Assembly (NCBI GenBank): GCA_951406725.2
Contig: OX597828.1
Span: 32,302,001 to 32,366,000, forward strand
Source: Octopus vulgaris
Lineage: Eukaryota
Direction: 5' to 3'
DNA length: 64,000 nucleotides
A program made the translations under genes and the position numbers. Position 1 is the first letter of the stretch. Each line of letters starts with the position of its first letter. Positions 1-14,700 of this stretch are shown here, piece after piece. The notes beneath the pieces were generated by a model that saw only the letters and a program-made list of their open reading frames with translations, ran no database searches and was not told the origin of the DNA.

Positions 1-934
1 TTATAAATATAGCAACCACGTTTTTCAATTCATTGACTAAATGTCCGCTCTCGTTTACTGTTTGCTAATCGGATCAATCAATATCATTATTTTTAATTAT
101 ACTCTGATCTCAATTGCTATTTTTCGATTTTCGATAGAAACAATTTCCCATCAATGAGTGCATCACAATACAACATAAAGATGGATGACGGATTATCTGA
201 CTTCCTTTAATTTATATGAAAATACTAAACTATTAACTGCACTGTTTATTTGAAAAAAAAACACCTATAAATTTTAGAAGTTTATGTTAGAACTCAATAA
301 GAGAAAGACGATTACCTTATATGGCCCAACTGAAATTAATGAAATTGACCTTAAACGTTTCCATCAGATTATCAAAACGGTACAAGAAGAAAAAATTTAT
401 TTTCATAAAGATGAATAAATTCTGCCACAATTAATACGATATTATCTTTCGTGTAAAGCTAGATCATTTTGAGTGCAGGACACAATGTATCAGATATTTT
501 ACATGTTTGATCTGAGATATTTCCTGTGCAGTGTAAAGAAAGTAAGTTTCCGTTATAGTTTCGCTTCAGGGAATTCTTGGATGGAAATGAACGATGAGTA
601 AGATCGATCTGTTTATAACAAAATCGTCTTGTTTTATTTTGCGTTCGTTTTACATATATAATTCATCTCGGTACACGTTGTTTAATGTTTGAATTCCTTT
701 TTAATACAATAACTTATGATGTGAGGAATACAGGTTTGCTAATTTTTACTAGTTCAAGTAACTCTTTGAATATTCACTTGTCATAATATTTGGAGATATT
801 CTAAAAAAAGGCGAAACCATTGTAAATTTTTCTCTTCAAAGAATACAAAGAGAAATTCATTTACATTCCCAAATTTATTTGAATAATGGGGTGTAGTGAT
901 GAAATTAGATTTACAAAGCAAGAATCAAACTAGA

Positions 935-1331
935 AATATCGTAAAGGCCATATACGAATGTCCAAACTTTTGTGTGTGGTTAAATGAAACCTTTCAAAAT
1001 GAATGCCGGACATCGGCTGGAGTGCGTATTGCCACCTATCCTTTTCGTAATTTTTGTGAACTGGGTTGACGTACGCAATTAATTTAGAAGTGGTATCACA
1101 GTCGGTCGATACCACATTGGTTTGTTTCATATTTGCGGACGACATGGTGCTTCTTTGCTCATCAGAAGATGATATCCAGCAGCATACACTGAATGGGTTC
1201 TTTGCCGAATTGTGTAAGTCAGGTAGAGAATGAGTGTTGCGAAGACTGAAACGTGGGCCTCTCAAGGAAGGTTTTTCAGTGCACTTTGCATGTCAGTGGA
1301 ATATAACTCAGATGGAGTATTTTAAGTATCT
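935..1331 (+). pseudogene. Non-LTR retrotransposon (RTE-like) reverse transcriptase fragment
   Basis: Manual translation across frameshifts gives NIVKAIYECPNFCVWLN / KPFKMNAGHRLECVLPPILFVIFVNWV / IFADDMVLLCSSEDDIQ..LNGFFAELCKSG / RMSVAKTE / QMEYFKYL. This matches the RT motif order GLRQGCVLSP...FADD...KTE...FKYLG. FADD is at 1132-1143. The fragment ends at a (TA)n tract. Confidence 0.8.
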
Positions 1332-2970
1332 ATATATATATATATATATTATGTTATAAGCTGTGCAGCGTCCGAACACAAATGTTTCGTCGGTGGGTTT
1401 TGGAATCAGAACGTAGATTGGCAGAACAAATACTACAAGGTATTTTGTCGGAAGCTATAATACTTCTGCCAATACAGCAAATTTCTTCATGTGTCAAAAT
1501 AATGGAAAACTGAAAGTCGCTTCATTTAAAAGTTTATTTTTATTTTAAATCGGGTAACTTTAGTATACATATTTTAGCATTATTATACCTCTCAGTAAAA
1601 CACACACACACACATACACACACACCCACATCATTTTCTTGTGTGTGCGTGCGCGCATGCTATTGTAATGAAGTCAATGCTAATTATAATTGTTGCAGTT
1701 TATTACCAATTTCAGTGTGAAAAATATTTTTTTGTTGTTTCCGTCTGATTTTTTCCTGTTATAACATCTTGCATTTGATAGAGTAGTTAAAAGTTTAAGT
1801 TCGGGAACAGAGCTAGACATGTTAATTAATTTCAATAATTCAGTAAGCGGCAGTTTTTAATCAAAAGAAAACAATGCTATTTGAAACTAAAAAAAAAAAA
1901 TTGTCTTTCCTTAACTATTATTTTTTCCTTTATATCTCATCAATTTTAATATTATTTTCTTTTTTCTGTTAAAGTAACACAAGAGAAAATAGTGTGTAAT
2001 TTTATTTTTCTATGGATATTAAATTCCGTGAAGACATTATGTAGAATTTACATATCTACTCTTTTGAAACCCATACGAAGAATGTAATGTGATAAAAGAT
2101 ATTTTACAAAGATATAAGACTTCCTATTCGAATTAGATAACAAATGAGAATCTGTCGTCTTTGCGTTTCGAAACGGAAATAAAAGTCGCAAGTTTCCGAG
2201 TTCTTATGGTATCTAAAACGATGGTGGTTCATATGTCACTTAGCATTTTCAGATTCCAGTTAAACAAAGTCAATTTTCGTTTCATTGATTCCGTTCAACT
2301 GACTCTAGACATTTACTATGCATTTTAATAGCGTATTGATCTAGTCAAACGGAGTACACACACATAAAAAAATGTTGTTCTATTAGTTTATGGTTGCAAT
2401 TCTATCTTGTAAGGAATGAGCTTCACTTCATTGTCCAAGCACAAATTTAAAATATAATATCTGAAATCAAAATTCCCACAGCGTCCGGTTCCGAATCCAA
2501 CTGCCATTTATTGTCCGTGTGTAAAAGATCACATTTCGCTAACCGTATTTGGCCAATTCGCGATATCAACAAGTGCTATGTTATCTAAGCTATAAGATTG
2601 GTAGAATTTGATTCTGAAAGGGAATTCTACATGAAATATCAATTCAAATACTGAGGACATGACCGGTAGATCTCATAGTAACATAAATTTCACTGTCAAA
2701 CCTTCTTCCGGTCTTCTTTAATATATAATAGATCCCCATTGAATAAAATATACCATTATTATTGGCATGAAAGGAAACCGCAAGCATCACCACAGGAAAA
2801 TATTTTTGTTCAATTATACTCCTCTTCCTCTGTGTGTGTGTCTATCAGTCTGTCGGTATGTATGTATGTCTATCTTTGTGTTTGTATGTGCATTTGTATG
2901 GTTGGATAGATATATGGATGGATGCATTGGTAATAATTGCGCAAATCAATCCAATTCAATTAATGATGAA

Positions 2971-3309
2971 GGCGCATGGCTTAGTGGTTAGAGCGTCGAG
3001 CTTACTATAGTGAGGTTGTGATTTCGATTCCTGGATCGGGCTGCGTGTTGTGTTCTTGAGCAAGACACTCTATTTCACGTTGCTCCAGTTACCACAGCTG
3101 TAGAAATGAGTTGCGATATCACTGGTGCCAAGCTGTATCGATTTTTGCCTTTCCCTTGGAAAATATCAGGGGTGACCAGAGGGGAGGCTGGTATGCATGG
3201 GCGACTACTGGCCTTCCACAGACAACCTTGTACGGACTTGTGCGTCGGAGGATAACATTCTAGGTGCAATCCCTTAGTTATTCATGACCGAAGAATGTCT
3301 CCCTTTTTC
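2971..3309 (+). mobile_element. tRNA-derived SINE (family C)
   Basis: Pol III A-box TGGCTTAGTGG and B-box-like TTCGATTCC, followed by TGTTCTTGAGCAAGACACT (CORE-like). Flanked by the direct repeat AATGATGAA (2962-2970 and 3310-3318), a candidate TSD. Confidence 0.8.
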
Positions 3310-3959
3310 AATGATGAATATAAGTACACCAGAGGAATGATGTCAGTGACTGCGCATTGCGAGGAGGATTTTGCGTGACTAGTACCATTCATCTTGTATA
3401 CAGTTTACGTGTGTCCAATGTAGTTCAAAATGCAAGAGTCGACCGGTATCTATGGAGTGTGGCGTATAGTGAAAATGCCCTTATGTGGTGTTTACGAACC
3501 GAACTTCTCAACCATTGACGCATATTGCGACCAGATAAACACAATGCTCACCCATACAGAGATACAGATGTGTGCACACAAACTTGCATGCGCATGTCTG
3601 TGTATATGTGTGTGTGAGGTATAAGCGAATCCAGTCTGTGAAACGTTGGAATGACAAAGGAAGTGCAAAATATTATTGTTCTCTTTGGCACTTCATGAGA
3701 GAAAAAGGCTAAAACATATGCAGACTGCTAGAGTGTGCAAGAGGAACTGGAAGCGAGAAATAAGCGAAAGAGATATTTCAGAGAAATTCGTTGAACATAA
3801 GAGGAACATCAAAAGATGAAGGCGTGTGCAGTCGATAGTTTCAACTGACAAAATCATATAAATTTGTTGGCGTAAGATTCAATTTACGCATTATACTTAT
3901 TAACTTTACCTTGTACAGTGGACTTCAAAGTTTTATGTGAAAATTCATCTGGCAACCAT

Positions 3960-4000
3960 TATTATATATATACATACATATATATACATATATATTTATA

Positions 4001-4064
<64 letters not shown>

Positions 4065-4281
4065 CAATGAAATATGCAGCTGTCTGAAATTTCATCTTTT
4101 TGTTAAACTCAACATATACACTGTACGCAAAATAGATAGATATTGATTGATTTCAATGCAGAGGAAGTAAATATATTTGCCAATAAGCTGTGACGTCACT
4201 AAGTATTTTCTACAGCTTCATATTCGGAGATTGTTTCTCAATCTCTTTCTTTTCTTCGCTTTTCGTCTTTCTTTCTCTCTC

Positions 4282-4317
<36 letters not shown>

Positions 4318-4409
4318 ATGCGTGTGTGTTTGTGCGTGAGTGTGTGTGTGAGTGTGTCTGTGCGTGTCTTTCTGAGTGGGTCTGTGTTTGCCTGTGTACG
4401 TATAAACTG

Positions 4410-4475
<66 letters not shown>
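3960..4475. repeat. Compound microsatellite cluster (TA)n/(CT)n/(TG)n
   Basis: Direct reading. It explains the YIYI/SLSL ORFs in the track. Confidence 0.95.
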
Positions 4476-4478
<3 letters not shown>

Positions 4479-6507
4479 AGAGAGAGATGGCGGTGTCTAT
4501 ATGTATACTCATGCTCGGATCATTGTGTATGTATTTGTGATAGTGTGTATCTTTATTTTTAAATCACGTTTGTGGTCTACTTTGATAATTTTAATAAAGA
4601 TATGTCATATTTCCTTGTTAATCATTATTTTCAATTTGTAACTATTTTTTAAGTGCAATAATGTTTAAAGACTTTCTAATTTTTGCTTTCTGATTGTTGT
4701 AGTGATGTCAGTAATCAGCAGTGGACCAACTGAATTTATTTTAACTAATAAACATTTCCATCAGTAGACATGAAATTCCACCTTGTCGCTGTAATCTATG
4801 ATTTTATTTTTTATTTCATTTATTTATTTTTTTGTCTGGAAAACGTTTTTGTCAAATTCTAATTCCAGTTAATGAATATTGACTTGATACAACGATCAGA
4901 TAAACTTGACTTATGTTGATTTCATATACAACACATTTAGAAATTGTTTCTTACATAAATCTTTTCTTCCAAATAGAAATGTTTACCTGCGAGAATGAAA
5001 TTGTGAAGTGTTTTCTTTGTGAAAGGGGACATGTATAAATTCAGTCACGTTTCCATTTTGTACTCACCTATTAAAATGCCATATAAAGGCAGATCACTCC
5101 CGTTTCAGATGAGTAATTAAGAATTCTGTTATAATGAAGCCAAATGTGATTTAATCGATTCATAATTCCTTGAAATTGTCAACAAGATCTCTAAAGCTAT
5201 GCTGAGACTTAAGTGCCGAAACTTTAGTGCCGAAAATGGTTTCAACAGTTTCAAAAGGAAAAGGAGAATTAGTTTGTTGGTTGCTTTCACACGCTAGGAA
5301 AAATGTTTGAAGTTATTTATCACTAACCGGGATTATAAGAATAACGATGAATATTAATTTATGCCGAAAAACGTTTCATGCAGTGTGATGACACACGAAC
5401 TGAGAATATCTTTCTGATCTAACATTAACATGCTAAGATGTGTTATTAAGTCAGTTGCGAATGCTAATTTCCATTAGCGACCAAGCACGATTTTTCTAAA
5501 AGAAAATATCACTCTCTACACTCAAGTTCAAATGGTAGGATAAACGACGTCCTACTAAGAAATCTTAGTGTTGTGCTGCGGTTAATCACTGTTTTCGAAG
5601 TTTGGGTCTTTGTTTTGATGTCACATTTTGTAGAATTTTACCATGACACATATTTCTACAATCGGCAATAGGCACTCTGGACATTTCACTATTTTTATAG
5701 CACTTACTTAAAATTTTCAATTTTTTTTGTTTAAACCGTTTTCACCATTATTCCTTTCATGCATGCTCTTCCGTCAACTGAAAGTTAGCGTTAATTCTCT
5801 TCAATAAACAATAGAAACTCCGAAGTGTCAGACGCATCTGTTGTGTCTTGAATAAACAAACAGGACTAAAGGAAATAGCGCATATTATTGTTTAATTGGC
5901 ACATGAGTTGTCTCTTATATTTTCGTATCTTCTAATTACAGTTTTTCTAGTAACTATATTCTTCAATACCTTTATTTTTCTTTATCTGTTGCTACCGTTC
6001 AAGAATTAATTAATTCACCGTTTATAAATAGCTTTACTTTCTCAGAAGAAAAGTAATTTTTAGTGACAGTTTTATTAATAGTATTTCTTCTAATGAACAG
6101 CAACTGTCGTAAAAAAATCTCTGTTTCAATTCTTCATGGTATAGGTTCCCGCCAACATGTCAATAATGACATGAATGTTTCTTTCTTTAATGTCTATGCT
6201 TGGTATATTGCTTTCACATAGACACATTCCCACAGGAGACATTATTGTTCTTTTCTTTTACAGACTGTTTTATCTGATAATATTTATTCCAAGCCCCATA
6301 TGTCAAGTAGATATTCTGTTTTTCTTCGAGCAGTATTTTAATTGTACGCATACGGAGGTATATCTTCATTATTCTACAAGGCAGGTTATTGGTGTCATAT
6401 CATAACTTGATAACGTGTGAATTAAGATTATCGTAGGCAGGCTATTTATGTGCAGTAGTAATCAACGCATTTGGTCAACAAATTAGTGGATCCAGATCTG
6501 CCTGTCT

Positions 6508-6513
6508 CCTCTC

Positions 6514-6564
<51 letters not shown>

Positions 6565-6566
6565 CT

Positions 6567-6621
<55 letters not shown>

Positions 6622-6780
6622 GCCCAGGAACATCTGCAGTGGTATCAAATCCGAAAACAAGTCATTCAGTAGAAAATATCTATTGATATTCCTTGAGTTG
6701 TTAATATATACACACGTAGATATATGCATACATACATACAAAAATGCGAGCAATGACATTTAGTTAGGTAGCTAGCTAGC

Positions 6781-6832
<52 letters not shown>

Positions 6833-6861
6833 CAGACAGACGGACAGACGTGCAGACAGAC

Positions 6862-6893
<32 letters not shown>

Positions 6894-6895
6894 GA
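6508..6895. repeat. (CT)n, (TA)n and (AGAT)n/(AGAC)n microsatellites
   Basis: Direct reading. Confidence 0.95.
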
Positions 6896-8459
6896 GTGCA
6901 TAGAATATGTATAGATATATCGAAATAAATTATGGTTTGCAATGAAAGGAAGATAGGGCGGACATACACATATACACACACAAACATCAACACACACGCA
7001 CACTTATACAGATATACGCATTGATCCTCAAACGCAACTATAATACAATTCGAATATTGTTCAGTCATCCCTACTTTAATTATAACACAGAACATATATA
7101 TATTTTCTACGCCATCTTCGGAAACCTCCTTCGAATTGACCACCAGCTCAACATTGGTGCTTTATGTAGAGCGGTTGATGTCTCTGTCAGCCACGTCTCG
7201 TACATATTAATCCAGAGTATTTCACTCGAAGGTTGTTAGTAAACCAGAAATTGTGGCTTGTATGTCATAGGCATTCTCTGACAACGACGCTTCCTGGAGT
7301 CATAGTAAGAAACCGAATCTTGCTGCTACATATGGCTTTCTAGCCGGGATTTGCCCAGAATTTCCAGGCGCTTCACATGGCTATCTGAAATGAGCCTAAG
7401 ACCTTCTTCCTCTAGTCCCTGGATGAATTTCGAAGTGTGCACTCAATTAGAACATATGTCGTGTCCCTCCCTGATGACCAATGCATCGTGGTCTCAATTG
7501 AAGCTGTCCACGCCATGTCTTTGAGCAGAAGTGACGATGTTGGCATCCGTATATTGTGTGCCAATAATTGTGTCCCAGTCCTGCTTATCAGCTGACGACT
7601 TCTCAGCGAGGCTTTAATCCTTATGCTCTCCAACACCGTTCACTGTTGACCAATACGTCAAGTATTCCTGTAGAAAGGAATAAAAAGAGTCATATTTAAC
7701 CCTAATTCCCAGTATATATTTATGTATGTATTTATGCATGCATGTATATATGTATGTATGTTTGTAGGTAGGTAGGCGGTGGTGGGTATGCAGGTAGTTA
7801 TGCATGTATGTAAGTATCTAAGTATGAACGTTTGCGTGATTGTGTGTGTGCGTTTTTGTGTGTGAGGTGTGTGTGTGTGTGTGTGTGCACGTATGTGCAT
7901 TATAATATATATCAGACTTCAAGCGACGTTTACTCTTTTATGAAAAAATATAGATGTACTTCAGGACTATCTATCTATGACTGATTTCTATGTCAGCTTA
8001 CAATTATTATTTTTGTAGCATTCATGCGCGAAATATTTCTTAAGCTCCACAAGACACGTGGCTCTACTAAAATTGAATCTATTGTGTCAAACAATTCATT
8101 AGCGATGTTTCTTTGCATGCCTCAAATTCCGAATATAATCCTTGCTTATACTAGCATTTCATTCTAACAATATATTCGTGCATAATAGATAAGCGCCTTT
8201 AAGACATCCTTAAATGCAGATCTGTGGATCACCTATTATCTCACAACAATGCTATTTTCTTGCGGCTATAATGCTAATTATCGTATGTGATCTATTTCAT
8301 CAATGATTTAACATTATCAGTATTCTCTCTATTCTCTATACGTACATAGGTATATGCGTATATACAGATTCTTATGCATGCGTGCACACACAAACATGCG
8401 CGTATATATTCACATGCATATATATATACATATATACAGACGTATATATGTATGCATAA

Positions 8460-8495
<36 letters not shown>

Positions 8496-9332
8496 GATAA
8501 CATGTTCACAAGCAATTGATTATCGCCTTTTCAGGTTATATGTAAAGCAACATCAAAGCCCTTTCTTTACATAGAGATCTAGTTTTCACAATAACATGTA
8601 CTAATGCTACTGTCTACAACTAAAATCCTTAGCATCAAAGGATATGCATTCAACAATGGAATTAGACTGTTTTCTCTGATTCCATGGATCAATTTATTTG
8701 CGAAAATTCGACTCTAAACATAGCAGTTGATAAATATTCGTTTACAGATATTTTCTAACTGTATTTTTCTTCCCTGAAATATTACATATATTCGATAGAA
8801 CTACACTACGCCGCACTACTCTCTAACGTCATTCTTCCGATAGGTAATATTATTTTCAGTGCATCAGATGAGTTTCATTCAAGTAGTAATTAGCTAGATA
8901 ATTAGATTATTTATATTTTCACAATAGAAGGTATTTAGAGCTTGTAAGAACTATATGATTAATAGAGTGAGTAGAAAATACTAAAGACATATTCAGAAAG
9001 TTTGCTATATATTGGTCTTCGCTAAAGAGGATCTATAGACCCTGATAGGTGAATTAAGACTAACTTACAACATATGAAATGATCCAACGAAATTTCACAC
9101 CGCCTTCGTCAAGCAAATTTCATGAATTTCTGGGAAGTTAAGAAATTAATTTCATATTAAGTATTTTATAATCCTTTGAATACATAGCGAGTGAAATTAT
9201 TTGGGGTTAGTACTTGCATTAATGTATGAGAGTCTGAAGAGTATTTAAAATGATGGTTGTGGATCAATGGAATGAAAGTTGGTAAAATTCTAGAGGTCGA
9301 TTATGAAGCTACAACATTAAAATAGTTAAATA

Positions 9333-9518
9333 GGTGCAGGAGTCGCTGTGTGGTAAGCAGCTTGCTTGCCAACCACATTCCGAGTTCAGTCTCACTGCGT
9401 GGCATCTTGGGTAAGTGCTTTTTTACTATAGCCTCGGGCCAACCAAAGACTTGTGAGTGGATCTGGTAGACGGAAACTGAAAGAAACACGACGTATGTTT
9501 GTATATATAAATATATAC

Positions 9519-9589
<71 letters not shown>

Positions 9590-9810
9590 TGTGTGTGTGT
9601 ATATATGTGTCTGTGTTTGCCCCCCACCATCGCTTGACAATAGATGTCGGTATGTTTACGTCCCCGTAACTTTGTGGTTCGGCAAAATTGACCGATAGAA
9701 TACGTACTAGCCTTACAAAGAATAAGTCCTGGGGTTGATTTGTTCCACTAAAGGCGGTACTCCACCATGGCCGTAGTCAAATGAATGAAACAGATAAAAG
9801 AGCAAAAGAA
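9333..9810 (+). mobile_element. SINE family A (tRNA-like head, CORE-like box, internal microsatellite, AAAAGAG-type tail), full length
   Basis: Head GCAGGAGTCGCTGTGTGGTAAG...GAGTTCAGTCTC, then CATCTTGGGTAAGTG, internal (TA)n(TG)n, and a 3' half ending GGCGGTACTCCACCATGGCCGTAGTCAAATG. Collinear with at least 7 other copies in the window. Confidence 0.9.
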
Positions 9811-10599
9811 TATAAGGATATGACGTAAAAAGTATAGTTACTTAATCATATATAGTATAAACGTGGTCTTCGCGAGTTTTAAATTTTTTATGTTTATCAC
9901 ATATAAGGTAACTAAATTGAGCTGCAGCATTTTCTGTGGTCCGTCTGTACTTGAAAATATTTATACAAAGTCCAGTAAAATTTTGCTAGAAATAATACTT
10001 TTAATGAGACTAAATTCAATTTTATCCAGTTTGTTATAATTTATTTCACTCGATGTCATAAGCCTGGAATTATTGTTCTTAATTTGGAAAGAAAATTATC
10101 AATCGGTGTTGAAAACAAATTTACATAATTATTTAGCTAAGATTTTTAACCAAATGACCCACTTTTCTGTTTGGAAGCAAATGACTGCCATGAATACTAC
10201 AAGCAATCAAATACAGAAATTATATACAAATAAAGTATTTTTGAACTAAATGACTCTCCTTTCCAGATATTATTTTAAAACGGCAATGTAGAAGCATTCA
10301 GATATCACCCCATGGCACATACACATGCTTATAAAAACAGTGAAACTGATAAATACTAACATTTCTAGGCATATATATGTTTGTGTTTGAGTGTTTGTGT
10401 GTTTGACTCGTGTATGTGTAAATATACTTCTGTATGCTTCTAGGCGCATGTAGTGGTATTACTCACTTTTCGGAGAAAGATTGATTCTTCAAATTCTTGC
10501 AATAGTATAAAGGTCGCAACATAAATGCATAAACACGTGCACACACACACACACACACACACGCACACATACACACACACGCGCGCGCATATATATACG

Positions 10600-10641
<42 letters not shown>

Positions 10642-11004
10642 ACATGACAGTTTCTCACATGGCATTTACCGTTGTAAAATTTGTTCTAATAGAACACCCA
10701 CGTTTAGATATATGTTACCTATCGCCATTAATACTGCCAGCGTTGTTAACATTTATTTCTTAAAAAGCTACATATACACAACATACACTGTGAAAGTGAT
10801 CGTACTGGTGTATGCTACAAAGTATAAACCATCGCTGTTATTATCTAACAAATATGTGGGGGGGGGGTGACGGACTATCTCTTCGCTAGACAATGTATTA
10901 GATTATTAGATTTCGACATTTTCTTACCAAACAATCATACAGATGATTTCTTTATAGTGATCAAATATTTGCGTAGACATACGCTCACTCCCTCCAACGA
11001 CATT

Positions 11005-11150
11005 ACGTGTACAGGTGCCACAGATGCCACATGTCAAATGCCGAAATGATGGCAGTGTAACGCGAAATGCGGTGCTTTGCTCAAGAACACAGCGCAACGC
11101 CAAGGATGGAAATCGAACCTATGATCTCGCGATTGTGAGTGCAACAATGA
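11005..11150 (-). mobile_element. Diverged tRNA-SINE fragment (family C-like head)
   Basis: The reverse strand reads CACTCACAATCGCGAGATCATAGGTTCGATTTCC...TGTGTTCTTGAGCAAAGCAC, similar to the heads at 2971 and 18040. Confidence 0.65.
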
Positions 11151-11369
11151 TGAAGCCTCGGAAATGGACTTACTATTGCGAGATGGGAAAGTACAGCCGT
11201 TAGATGGTGGAATGAGAAAGAAACTATGGTAATGAAGGTGTGCCAAAGGACTGGGTGGAATGATCTGAGTTGCGCGTCGCCATAGAATGAGGGTGGATTT
11301 TGCCTCAGAATGGTACACATTTGGGGGCCAATTATCCGTTCTTCGAACAAGCGGAGATAACATTAAAGT

Positions 11370-11761
11370 CCTTTCTACTGAAGACACACGACCTTGAATT
11401 TTTTGAGGAGGGGACTAGTCGATTACGTCAACCCCGATGTTTCACTGGTACATATTTAATCGACACCGAGACGATCAACGGCAAGGTACACCTCAGTGGA
11501 ATTTGAACTCACAACGTAGCGGCAGACGAAATACCTATTTCTTTACTACCCACAAGAGGCTAAACACAGAGAGGACAAACAAGGACAGACAAACGGATTC
11601 AGTCAATTACATCGACCCCAGACCGTAACTGGTACTTAATTTATAGACCCCGAAAGGATGAAAGGCAAAGTCGACCTTGGCGGAATTTGAACTCAGAACG
11701 TAACGGCAGACGAAATACCGCTAAGCATTTCCTCTGGCGTGCTAACGATTCTGCCAGCTCG
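11370..11761 (-). mobile_element. Dimeric SINE family B with Nin-like central domain
   Basis: The reverse strand reads CGAGCTGGCAGAATCGTTAGCACG...GAGTTCAAATTCCGCC (B box)...GCCTTTCATCCTTTCGGGGTCTATAAATTAAGTACC (Nin/Deu-like domain). The segment from B box to tail is repeated a second time (about 11410-11535). Confidence 0.85.
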
Positions 11762-14700
11762 TTGAATAATATACACCAACTCCAACATTTGCTTTACCTT
11801 CCTATGTAGAGGGCTGCGTTTTTGCCTATGCATAAACTTAGTCGCGATTCTTTCTTCTGTCACAGAATAGACCATTTAGAAACGGATATTTTGGGGTGAA
11901 AGCACTACGGAAGCAGTGGACTAATTCTTGATCCCATCTGAGTTTTCTGGAGTAACGCAAAATATTGTAGGTTGCTCTAGATGACATCTAGAGATCGATT
12001 CAACGTATTCCATTTTCATTTTAGATCAAATTCACCGACAGAATTGTGATTCCCTATATTTCATTTACCTTTAGCTTGGTTTAGTCATTGTGATACCAAA
12101 ACTATAAATGTATTATTCAGAATCCATACAGCCGTGGATAGTTGAAAGAAATTAATACGTAAATATTTTACAATGTTAGAAAATAAAGATAGGTCATAGC
12201 TCGAAATTAAATTTATATAATGAAGATCATTAGCGTTTGATTACACTATGTCATATTCTCCTTTTTGAATTCTGGAACTGCGCCTTTATATCTATTTTCG
12301 CGCTGACATTAATAGATCTCTTCATGACGTTTCCTACACCGTACACATTTTAAAAAATTTTTTAATAATATAGTTTCCAAGAAATTCGTCTTACGACATT
12401 ATACAGAGAATATTCCCAGTTTAAAGTCGATCCTCTAATATCCAAGTATACCATAAGATCATTCTGAGAGTAACATTGGATTTTCGTGAGGTCTCTGAAA
12501 GTCGGACATGCACTCGAGAATTTCAAGGGGTTTTGGAAACCTTTTATTTGATTACACATGTAACAACTTTCAGGCGAACAAAAACCAGGTAATTTGAATT
12601 AAATAATATGTGTTGCATGGACTTTTAACATTCACTAGTCTGTCTATTAATATTTGACTGAACATGGTGTAATGATTACATAACCCGTTGTGTATAAGTG
12701 TAATATTCAGAAAGGAAATAAAATATATGTAAAAGAATTAATTATAGGACATTGATAATTCTGAATAGAGTCTAGACTAAGTCGTATGTATTCGGTAAGT
12801 AATAACTAACTCATAGAGCGTAAATATAGATATTCCTTCTTCAGCTGATCATCTCGGGTATAATTTATTGTATCCGCTAATATTCAGAATTGCATCACTT
12901 GATATCTTAGTGTGTTAAACTGGGGTAGTTCCTTTGATACAGCTTTTCCTACATGTAATAATTAGCTTACTATATCATGACGTCTGTCATTTGTATTCTA
13001 TCATTACACCCACACTCGAGGAAGAATCCAGGCTGTAGAAAACCAATTGGAATATGCGATCTACTCTTATCAAAAATATCATATAAAATATCGTTAGCAA
13101 ACGAAACCAATGGCAAGTCATGAAAATTGATAGGCATGCATTCTTATAGTTAACCAAAACAGTCAAATATATTCTTTCGAACTCTTAATCAAAACTCCAT
13201 AGCACAGCAGAAACGAAAGACTGAAGTAGTTATCTATCAGCACAGAGAAGCAAGGGGAATACTTGAAATAAACCGCTTGTATACATGAAATAAAATGTTC
13301 CAATAATAAATATTGTATTTCTCAAAGAATAATATCTTAGAAATAAAACTTTTGAAATGAATGTACTTCAAACGATAGAGAAGTTCTAAAGAAAATAGGC
13401 ATTAATTATAGAGAAGCTAACACTTGCAGAATGATGTGTGTAGAGTCGCTTATATGCACATAAACACACGCACACATACACACATGTACGTGTAAATATG
13501 TATATATATACACACATACTTAGACATAAGCACGCACACACGTGCGTGTGTTTGTGTGTTGCAATGTACGCCATTTTAGTATTACTTGCACTATATTATA
13601 CTGTATAACTTTTCGATAGTCACTCATTTTTAAACTGAATGTAAAAGCAAATGACTACACCACGTTTTCCAATCGTCTCCGAGCCGAGGAGCAAAATGTT
13701 GAGCTGAAACAGAACTCTTCCAAATCTTTCTAAATACACCGGCAAAGAAGAAGTCTCTTCTTCATTAGAAGTATCCGAATATCGCTGTTCTTTTTTTACT
13801 ATATATGAAATAAATGAATTATCCCCTGTATCACCGTGCACATATTCCTGTCAATTATCGAAACCTCATCAGCCACCTCCGAATAAATATCTGCGTCCTA
13901 TAAACTGTCTCTGGAGAGAAGCATGACATTGTTGCTCTACTGATAGACTGAGAAGACTAGAAACTAATTATATGGGTATCACAATTTCTACTCGAGAGAA
14001 TAATCTTAATTATGGGTGGGGTGTAAATAGGAGCGGTTAGACAAAGTAACGACCATGGTATTTTCCCAAGGACACGACGATGTTGAAAAGCAATATTAGT
14101 TTACGAAAACTTACTTCGGTTCTATTATAATTTGGTCGCGTTTGGCTGATATGAATTATTTAATAGACCTCTCAATAAGTATAATCCAGTCTTAATTCAG
14201 TGACTTTCCTGAAAATTGATGCAGCTTTATTCGTATTGTTTGCTACGAGTAACAACCATGTGGCCAGTCATACATTTGTATTAAAAATACCCCTTACTAT
14301 AAAAAAGTTTTACCTAATATTACATCCTATTATCATCACTAGATCTATGGAGCTAACAGTAATCTATCACTTGATGGTATAATCAGATCTCCGGACCAGT
14401 CTTCCAGTATTATACATTTAACTACATTTCTAATTATCTTATCATTTATTCGCATGTAAATTTGTCTGCATAGTCTAAAATCCATCACAATTAATATGTG
14501 AGAGTCTTATGAAGGCGTCAGGGACTTCAGTATCTACTTACAATCATTTATCAACATTTAATCCAAATTATTCAAATCTTCTGTTTTTACTGATTCAAAA
14601 CTACGTTTGATCGCCAGCTCAAGATGACTGGGGCGTATATTGGTGTGGGTATCATCCATCGTAACCAGAAATATTTTGGCAAGATCTTTGTTGAGATAAC

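Noticed and set aside
2971-3045. Possible tRNA gene
   Set aside because: It has A/B boxes but no full cloverleaf and continues into a SINE body.
7090-7657. GC-richer segment with a minus-strand ORF (LAHNIRMPTSSLLLKDMAWT) faintly like a LINE C-terminus
   Set aside because: The similarity is too weak to assign without a profile search.
11150-11370. AKGLGGM..ARRHRMR, reminiscent of an L1/Tx1 GGLG motif
   Set aside because: Short and interrupted by stops, so it could be chance.
12800-12990. SDAILNISGY on the minus strand, resembling a LINE AP-endonuclease start
   Set aside because: A single short motif amid stops; not supportable.
13620-13915. Acidic minus-strand ORF followed by SSARRRLENVV in another frame; possible piggyBac N-terminus or exon
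   Set aside because: No catalytic region, TIR/TTAA or convincing splice sites were found.
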